A stretch of 64,000 nt of DNA from an uncultured Methanosarcinales archaeon. Its GTDB lineage: Archaea > Nanobdellota > Nanobdellia > Woesearchaeales > GW2011-AR9. The stretch lies in contig CAZWBB010000001.1 of NCBI GenBank assembly GCA_964632045.1, positions 1 to 64,000 of the forward strand, in the 5' to 3' direction. The notes under the pieces were generated by a model that saw only the letters and a list, made by a program, of their open reading frames with translations, had not been told where the DNA came from and ran no database searches. The position numbers and the translations under genes are program-made. This document shows positions 58,138 to 64,000 of the stretch, in pieces (position 1 is the first letter of the stretch; each line of letters begins with the position of its first letter).

Positions 58138-59108
58138 TCTCTCTTCACCTCCAACACATTCTCGATCTCAGGGATTTCTACACTCCAAGGGTCGATCAAT
58201 TTTACTGGTTCTGCTCTCTCTATAGGTTCTGCTGTCTCATCCGGAGATTCACCACACGCTACCCAATTATTTATCCCTGTGCTGAGATAGGCGATGCGTT
58301 CAAACACTCTGTCTTGGTCGGAGTTGACAAAAGTGATGGAGAATCCTTTCTGTTTGTAAGTTTGTTTGAATATCTCCTTGATAACCTCATAGTATAAGTC
58401 CATCTTGTTGATCATCTTCATGATTTTTCTTGGAGAAGCTGTCTTCTTTTTCTTTTCAAGAGCATTATGAGTCCGCATAAATCTTTCAGTGGCATAATCC
58501 GGATGCATCATCTTATTTTTGGCAAGGAACCATGCCGGAACGTAGCCGAGGGCATGGACAGGACCTACCCACTCTTTCCTTTCCACTAATGTAAATGCAC
58601 CGCCCATCCCTTCAAGAACTGAGTACATCATTCCAGCTAACACCATGTCACCACCACCTGATCCAAACTGCTCGTTATATGCCGCCAAAATAACTCCCGC
58701 AAAACCCGCCAACGTGCATACTGTCCCAGGAATGTGGGCGATGTTGGCCGCTCTTCTGTGTAGTCTTCCAGTGAATGGATATCCTTTGGTGTTTACATTC
58801 AATACAGAACCGTCAGAATAATTTTTCACCATCCCTTTTCTGGCGATGTAACCGTAATAATCATCGACATCATTGTCAACATGCTCCCCCGTGATATCCT
58901 CCATCCTGTCCGTAAGCAGCTTGAACAGAGCAGGATCCTTCTCTGTTGAAAAGACAGAACCCTCATATTTCTGACCTAAAGCATGATGCAATCGGGAGTA
59001 CAAGCCGTTACCATGACGGTCCTGAAAGTAGTACTCGTCATCTCTCTTGATGGATATCCTTTTGAAACCTTTTACAGTATCCTCGATTGTGGTTACTTTG
59101 TAGTTCAT
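58134..59108 (-). CDS. C-tail-family paralog (C-term LIDPWSVEIPEIENVLEVKRE)
   Basis: Start set at MNYKVTTIED (ATGA overlap with upstream stop at 59105-59108). Gly-rich hydrophobic segment, then GPVHALGYVP. Confidence 0.7.
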   Translation of the reverse strand: MNYKVTTIEDTVKGFKRISIKRDDEYYFQDRHGNGLYSRLHHALGQKYEGSVFSTEKDPALFKLLTDRMEDITGEHVDNDVDDYYGYIARKGMVKNYSDGSVLNVNTKGYPFTGRLHRRAANIAHIPGTVCTLAGFAGVILAAYNEQFGSGGGDMVLAGMMYSVLEGMGGAFTLVERKEWVGPVHALGYVPAWFLAKNKMMHPDYATERFMRTHNALEKKKKTASPRKIMKMINKMDLYYEVIKEIFKQTYKQKGFSITFVNSDQDRVFERIAYLSTGINNWVACGESPDETAEPIERAEPVKLIDPWSVEIPEIENVLEVKRE

Positions 59109-59833
59109 CTTCTTCCCCCCTGTGCTACGTTTTCTATCTCTGGTATGTCTACTTCCCATGGGTCGATGATTTCAGTTGGCACTGTTGCGATGATGGGCTG
59201 TTCTTCCACAACTTCCTCTTTGGATTCTTCAGCCACCCGAAGGATTTTGCTGTAATGATTGTATAGGAGGTATAGATTCCTGCTTCTGGTGAATAAAGAA
59301 AAACCGTTCTGTTTACCAGAAAAAATCTTATCAAGAAGGGAAAAATGCTGATCCAGTTCCTGACCCAAACGCAAGGCCTCATCCTTCTGGTTAAAGCCAA
59401 GGGTGTGGTATTCTTTGTGCGTCTGAAGGAATTCTTTCCACAATTCGTCTCCTGTTTCAACTAGTATGTCCTCGGCACCTGGTTCTGGGATCGTTATGTC
59501 GGTGTATTTAGTGTCGACAGATAAGCCTTTTCGATTTACAAAATTGATAAATTCTGCTGGAGAGGTATCTATCCCGGACGGTTTACCTTGCTTCTCTTCG
59601 ATTCTTTCAACCAACAGCTTAAAGAGGTTGTAGTCCTTTTCATCATCCGTGAAATCTGGTTTGAACAGAGTTCCAAGGTATTGGGCGACTGGGGGAATAC
59701 CGTTTTCCATCTTGTAGACCCTTAGAAACAGGCAATCATCCAGTTCTGCCTGAGCCAGCATCTTATCTCCGCATCTAATTTCGGTTACAGGTTTTCCAAA
59801 TCCTCTGTCTACTTCCTGAACTGAATAGCTCAT
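59105..59833 (-). CDS. C-tail-family paralog (MSYSVQEVDRGFGK N-type; C-term IIDPWEVDIPEIENVAQGGRR)
   Basis: N-terminus is near-identical to 60750 and 62704 members. Conserved C-tail. Confidence 0.75.
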   Translation of the reverse strand: MSYSVQEVDRGFGKPVTEIRCGDKMLAQAELDDCLFLRVYKMENGIPPVAQYLGTLFKPDFTDDEKDYNLFKLLVERIEEKQGKPSGIDTSPAEFINFVNRKGLSVDTKYTDITIPEPGAEDILVETGDELWKEFLQTHKEYHTLGFNQKDEALRLGQELDQHFSLLDKIFSGKQNGFSLFTRSRNLYLLYNHYSKILRVAEESKEEVVEEQPIIATVPTEIIDPWEVDIPEIENVAQGGRR

Positions 59834-60753
59834 CCTTTCACCCCCTGCAGCAAACTCTTGATTTCAGGAATGTCTACTTCCCATGGGTTGATTAGGGGCA
59901 ATGGTTGTCCTGAATCCTCTGGCTGTATCAGATGCTTTTGATTTCCTGTCTTTAGGTAAGAGAAAAAACCAAGTACTTCATCAAGGGTTCCTTTATAATG
60001 GATGGTAAGGCCCTGATAATCCTGAGTCTGGTGAAATTGTCCTTCCAGGAGTGGAATCAAAGGACATAATCTGTTTCTTAGAGACTGACATTCTCCGTAG
60101 TTCGTAGAATTTTCTGCCTTCAGGGCAATACCTACAGCTTTTTCCCACAACCAGGAAGGGTGGCTGAACTTGCGGGAGTAATATTGTTTGTATGGAAGGT
60201 GGCCTAGGCATCTAAGTGGACCAAGCCAGTATTTGGATTCTCTCTTTTCACCCAGATAAATGCCGATTAATAATTCTGGGGTTGTGGACATGAGGAAGGC
60301 GAGAGGTGCAGGAAGGCCAACTTGATTCAGCACACAGGCCCCGGCAGTTATTCCTGCTACTATGGTAGCGATGCCCAAAGGCAATGATTTATCGCGGGCA
60401 TAATCATCATAGCCGTAGGGGGTAAAACGGGTACTTTTATGATTGATTCTTAGAATTGTCTTATCAGAGTACTTAACAAGTCCCTCCCGTAGATATTTGG
60501 GATAGGTGCCAATGCTATTATCAATTTCGATCCCTGGATAATCCTCCAGAAAGGCTGTTAAGTTTTGAAATCTTTTATAATCAGCGGGCAAAATTTGCAG
60601 CGGTCTGAAGAGGACTCCATAAGCACAATCTTTGTGGCCCCATATCCTCAGGCAGTCTCCCTCCAAGGTGGTCTGCTGTAGGGATCTTTTGCCATCACTA
60701 AGGCAGCCTCCTCCAAGTATGGGATGAGTTCTGGTGACTATTCTATATGTCAT
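59830..60753 (-). CDS. C-tail-family paralog (C-term LINPWEVDIPEIKSLLQGVKG)
   Basis: Hydrophobic GxxxG segment, then GPLRCLGHLP. 3' ~45 nt are near-identical to the 60750 member. Confidence 0.75.
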   Translation of the reverse strand: MTYRIVTRTHPILGGGCLSDGKRSLQQTTLEGDCLRIWGHKDCAYGVLFRPLQILPADYKRFQNLTAFLEDYPGIEIDNSIGTYPKYLREGLVKYSDKTILRINHKSTRFTPYGYDDYARDKSLPLGIATIVAGITAGACVLNQVGLPAPLAFLMSTTPELLIGIYLGEKRESKYWLGPLRCLGHLPYKQYYSRKFSHPSWLWEKAVGIALKAENSTNYGECQSLRNRLCPLIPLLEGQFHQTQDYQGLTIHYKGTLDEVLGFFSYLKTGNQKHLIQPEDSGQPLPLINPWEVDIPEIKSLLQGVKG

Positions 60754-61769
60754 CCTTTCACCCCCTGCAGCAAACTCTTGATTTCAGGAGCATCTACGTC
60801 CCATGGGTTGGTGATCTTTGGCTTGTCATCTAATTCTGGAATATCCATCTCCCACGGATCGATGATCGGAAAAGAGTCCTCCTTCGCGAGTACGCTCTGT
60901 CTGCAGCAGTCTATTCCGGCGAAAGTTTCGTTTACTTTGTCCAGTATACCATCCCGGTAGCTGATGGAAAGACCTTTCTGTCTTTGGGTGTAAGGAAAGA
61001 TTGATGTAAGATATGAAAAGTATTTGTCTGCTTTTCTTTGCAGGAAGTATCTGCTTATTCTGTTGCTGCCTTGTAGTTTGTCGTTAGTGTGGAGAAATTC
61101 ATCCCATACTTTTGCCGGGCCGAGAATCCTTTCTCTCATGTACATATGGCTGAATGCCCAGCCTAAGGAGTGGAATGGGCCTGACCATCCTCTCTCTTTG
61201 AAATTGTGGAAGCCGGCGCAGATCTCAAAGATTCCCATGGCCATCATCCCTTCTAACATAGTACCTGGAAATCCGACTGATTGTATAAATGGTCCTCCAA
61301 TAGCAGCAGTACCAATCGCTGATGTCAGCAGACCGGGGATTCTGCCTTTCCAGCTGAGGTTCTTATCCAACCATTGTGATAACTGTCCTTGCCAGAACTT
61401 ATGTGAATTCCGTTCCAATTTTAGTTCAATTCCATCTACACTGGCATTGAGATACTGGTCACCCATCAGGTTCATCCTGTAAGCAGCAGGCGAAGTATCG
61501 ATACCACTCTTCTTTCCCGTGTAAGTTTCAATAGCTTCTACCATCGTCAGGAAATCCTGGTATCCAGCAGCATTAGCTCCAACCTTCTTGAAAAGTATCC
61601 CATGATGGTCCTTGTTGGCAAGAGGCACTCTATTCTCCTGCAGTCCATGATAGGTCCTGTAAAAAAATCCATCATCCAATTCCACCTGAGCCAGCATCTT
61701 CTTTCCACATCTCACTTCCGTGACCAGTTTTCCAAGTCCTCTGTCTACTTCATGGATGGAATAACTCAT
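60750..61769 (-). CDS. C-tail-family paralog with duplicated C-tail motif (IIDPWEMDIPELDDKPKITNPWDVDAPEIKSLLQGVKG)
   Basis: MSYSIHEVDRGLGKLVTEVRCG N-type. GPFHSLGW motif. Tandem duplication of the DPW..PEI tail. Confidence 0.75.
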   Translation of the reverse strand: MSYSIHEVDRGLGKLVTEVRCGKKMLAQVELDDGFFYRTYHGLQENRVPLANKDHHGILFKKVGANAAGYQDFLTMVEAIETYTGKKSGIDTSPAAYRMNLMGDQYLNASVDGIELKLERNSHKFWQGQLSQWLDKNLSWKGRIPGLLTSAIGTAAIGGPFIQSVGFPGTMLEGMMAMGIFEICAGFHNFKERGWSGPFHSLGWAFSHMYMRERILGPAKVWDEFLHTNDKLQGSNRISRYFLQRKADKYFSYLTSIFPYTQRQKGLSISYRDGILDKVNETFAGIDCCRQSVLAKEDSFPIIDPWEMDIPELDDKPKITNPWDVDAPEIKSLLQGVKG

Positions 61770-62707
61770 CTTTCCTTGCCTCCCTGCAGTACATTCTTTA
61801 TCTCAGGAATCTCTACTTTCCATGGGTCGATTATGGGGGATGGGTCCTGCACGATTTCTGGTTCTTCTTCTGTTATAACATTTATTCCTGCAAGTATGCC
61901 GGAAAAAGTGTTGTAAACATCATCCAGGCTCCTGCTGCTATAAGTGACAAAAAACCCTTTGGCTAGTTCAGTATTCTTGAATGTCTCTTCCAGGACGGCA
62001 AAACTATCCTCCATCTTTCTGCATAAAGAATGATATTTCTTCATGTTGCAGATATTACCCTGCAGGGACTGGGCTTTCTGGTGGGTTTTCGTTAGTTCAC
62101 TCAAGATTCTATCAGTGTTGTAGTATTTACTTAGGACATATTCAGTTGGAAAATGTGCCAGGCCGTGGAATCCTTCTCTGAGTTCCAGGCCTCTAATTAA
62201 TCCCACACTACAATCGGTTAAGGCTGCAAAAAGACCTACTGCTAGGGCAGCTCCGACACCTACACTCATCCCGGAGATAGCAGCAGAAGAAGTCAACCAA
62301 CCAGGAATACTGCCTTTCTTTCTGATATATTCATTGCGGTTAGGCGAATATTGGGTTCTGTCATTTGTATTGAGCTCCCATCTTAGGGGTCCTAATTTGT
62401 GATAGGTCCCTGGATGCTTGGCCCAACCCACGAAATTTTCTGGAGTGATGTCCAATCTGCTAGAGCGGCCTGATTGCTCCTCCATCCCTCGGGCCAGAAG
62501 CTCAAATGTATGGTAGAATTCTTGGTCCATTTTTGTCGGTCGGGTAAAGAGTACCCCTTGATAATCCGAACTGTTTCGGCCTCCATATATCCGAAGTTCA
62601 AGATCTCTCTCCAAAGATGTGACTCGGGCTAGATATGAATCATCGTACTTGATTTCCTCTACCTTGCTGCCATTGATCCAATCTCTGGTGTCTACAGAAA
62701 TGCTCAT
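61766..62707 (-). CDS. C-tail-family paralog (C-term IIDPWKVEIPEIKNVLQGGKER)
   Basis: Family core GVLFTRPTKMDQEFYHTFELLARGMEE. GxxxG segment. Confidence 0.75.
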   Translation of the reverse strand: MSISVDTRDWINGSKVEEIKYDDSYLARVTSLERDLELRIYGGRNSSDYQGVLFTRPTKMDQEFYHTFELLARGMEEQSGRSSRLDITPENFVGWAKHPGTYHKLGPLRWELNTNDRTQYSPNRNEYIRKKGSIPGWLTSSAAISGMSVGVGAALAVGLFAALTDCSVGLIRGLELREGFHGLAHFPTEYVLSKYYNTDRILSELTKTHQKAQSLQGNICNMKKYHSLCRKMEDSFAVLEETFKNTELAKGFFVTYSSRSLDDVYNTFSGILAGINVITEEEPEIVQDPSPIIDPWKVEIPEIKNVLQGGKER

Positions 62708-63702
62708 CCTTCCACCTCCAGTACATTCTGTATCTCAGGAATCTCTACATCCCACGGGTCGATGATGGGCGAGGGTTCTGAAGGATTTGCATCCTCCGCT
62801 TCTCCTAGCCCGCTTCCATGCAAGATCTCTGCGAAGGTATCATATAAAGAATCAAAATCATGACTCTTGAGACTGATCGAGAATCCTTTTTGGAGAGTTG
62901 TATAGCCGAATATCTCTCTCAGAAATCCAAAGTAATAATCCTGTGTGTTAAGGAGAGAAGTGTATCTCCTTTGCTGCTTGATACAGTTGCCCAAAGATTC
63001 CATTTCTCTATGTGCTTCCAGGAATTTACCAAGTACAAACTGGGGGTCTTTTAGATTTTTGAGGCGGTGAAAGAATGATGGAGCATGTCCCAAGCTGAAT
63101 AATGGACCTCGCCGGCCATTCTGTGCTGGCATACACAAATCAGCATATGTTCTGACTCCGATTATTTCAGGCAAGGTAGAGCAGCCTATGAGTGGCAACG
63201 AAATATATAGCGGAATATCTGGCGCGGAAAAAAGCACACTCGCTGACGTTAAAATACCTCCGATTGAGGTCATTAACCCCATAATATGAGGTGTTTCTCG
63301 CAGATACGAGTACATTTTTGGTGAGTAATAACCTGAATTCCAGACGTGCTTCGTAATACGTTTATCCTGGATGCGCAGTCTGAGATCGAAGTAGCCAACA
63401 TCTGCGCTTGCTCCCTTCCTTTTCACATAGTCGACGAAGCTGGGAGCGTCTGTCTTCAATCCACTGGACTTTCCTGTGCAGATTTCAATTCTCTCAACAA
63501 GGGATTTGAATGTTTGATGTTTCTTCTCATCAACCGTTAGGTTGGGAATGAATAGGACCCCTCTGTGACTTCGGCCATCATCATACGCCCGGAAATAGAC
63601 GTTATCATCTACAGCAACCTGGGCAATCCTCGTATTGTCACAAATAACTTCCGTGACCAGTTTTCCAAGTCCTCTGTCTACTTCATGGATGGAATAGCTC
63701 AT
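62704..63702 (-). CDS. C-tail-family paralog (MSYSIHEVDRGLGKLVTEV N-type; C-term IIDPWDVEIPEIQNVLEVEG)
   Basis: The 5' ~50 nt are near-identical to the 60750 member. GPLFSLGHAP motif. Confidence 0.75.
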   Translation of the reverse strand: MSYSIHEVDRGLGKLVTEVICDNTRIAQVAVDDNVYFRAYDDGRSHRGVLFIPNLTVDEKKHQTFKSLVERIEICTGKSSGLKTDAPSFVDYVKRKGASADVGYFDLRLRIQDKRITKHVWNSGYYSPKMYSYLRETPHIMGLMTSIGGILTSASVLFSAPDIPLYISLPLIGCSTLPEIIGVRTYADLCMPAQNGRRGPLFSLGHAPSFFHRLKNLKDPQFVLGKFLEAHREMESLGNCIKQQRRYTSLLNTQDYYFGFLREIFGYTTLQKGFSISLKSHDFDSLYDTFAEILHGSGLGEAEDANPSEPSPIIDPWDVEIPEIQNVLEVEG

Positions 63703-63902
63703 TCTCCCTCCTCCAGCACATCTATCGTCACCTGTACTATCGTCTGTGGTTTCAGTTTATCTTTTAGGAAAGAAGGAAGTATTATTACAGATTGCTTTCC
63801 GTGCTTGGCTATCTTCTTAGTCAGTACTATCGGCTTCAATATTACACCACCAACACATAAATGATGTGTCTCTAACACACCCCACAGAACCACCTGACAC
63901 AT
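63699..63902 (-). CDS. Small ORF at the head of the array-B operon, possibly an AbrB/SpoVT-like swapped-hairpin protein
   Basis: C-terminal ...KHGKQSVIILPSFLKDKLKPQTIVQVTIDVLEEGE resembles AbrB/MazE-type (K.G.vtIP..hR..L.h..GD.h.h). ATGA overlap with the first paralog. True start may be an internal TTG. Confidence 0.3.
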   Translation of the reverse strand: MCQVVLWGVLETHHLCVGGVILKPIVLTKKIAKHGKQSVIILPSFLKDKLKPQTIVQVTIDVLEEGE

Positions 63903-64000
63903 GGAAAATGAGGGTTATATATAAATCTTTTGGTGGGTTGTTACTTGCGAGTGGTCGGGGGTGAAGGTGTGGTAAAATTTAAAAGGAAATAGTGACTTCA

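Noticed and set aside
1-64000. CRISPR array or IS/transposase
   Set aside because: No regularly spaced direct repeats with unique spacers. No transposase, integrase or terminal inverted repeats recognised. The repetitive signal is entirely from the two paralog arrays.

Overview
This is an AT-rich archaeal chromosomal segment. Promoters are TATA boxes 25-30 nt upstream of mostly leaderless ATGs. The window contains an archaeal-type triosephosphate isomerase, class-III-signal-peptide pilin genes with a prepilin peptidase, a 7S SRP RNA, two Hanks-type Ser/Thr kinases, and coiled-coil proteins with polyproline tails. Both ends are taken up by two large, tightly coupled paralog arrays, which are the most unusual content.

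(A) Array A, 1..10688 (+): 13 or more tandem paralogs all begin with a near-identical 25-aa N-terminal leader, MNILKPLKHGNVLTEEEALKDLE. At least three unrelated C-terminal bodies follow that leader. Consecutive genes are joined by ATGA stop/start overlaps, and the 5' ~75 nt are mosaic and near-identical at nucleotide level. A gene for an HExxH metallopeptidase fused to a von Willebrand A (vWA) domain with a MIDAS site sits in the middle of the array.

(B) Array B, 49495..63902 (-): a ~14 kb operon of 16 genes, again with ATGA overlaps. Eleven paralogs all end in the C-terminal motif IDPWEVDIPEI(K/E)NVL. The operon also carries a CbbQ/NorQ/MoxR-like AAA+ ATPase, three signal-peptide (secreted) members of the same family, and a second HExxH-vWA protein.

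The two arrays therefore look like one uncharacterised system: a MoxR-type AAA+ ATPase and a vWA-metallopeptidase associated with diversifying arrays of proteins that carry conserved terminal 'handle' peptides.

The middle of the window, 10.9-49.5 kb, is mixed housekeeping and accessory content:
- a nucleotide-salvage cluster (prs, apt, two Nudix hydrolases, trpF, a thymidylate-kinase-like gene, a RibA-like GTP cyclohydrolase, a radical SAM protein);
- a UvrD-like helicase and an Lrp/AsnC regulator;
- a GC-rich structured RNA of unknown identity;
- three SPFH/band-7 proteins, including an HflK/HflC-like pair;
- a pilus locus with a prepilin peptidase and two pilin-like paralogs;
- a 679-aa secreted cysteine-rich repeat protein;
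- a thioredoxin, TPR and HExxH proteins, and a metallo-beta-lactamase-fold hydrolase;
- a decayed relBE-like module and a SAM-dependent methyltransferase.

All coordinates are approximate to within a few nt. Gene starts were chosen from ATG, RBS and TATA context.
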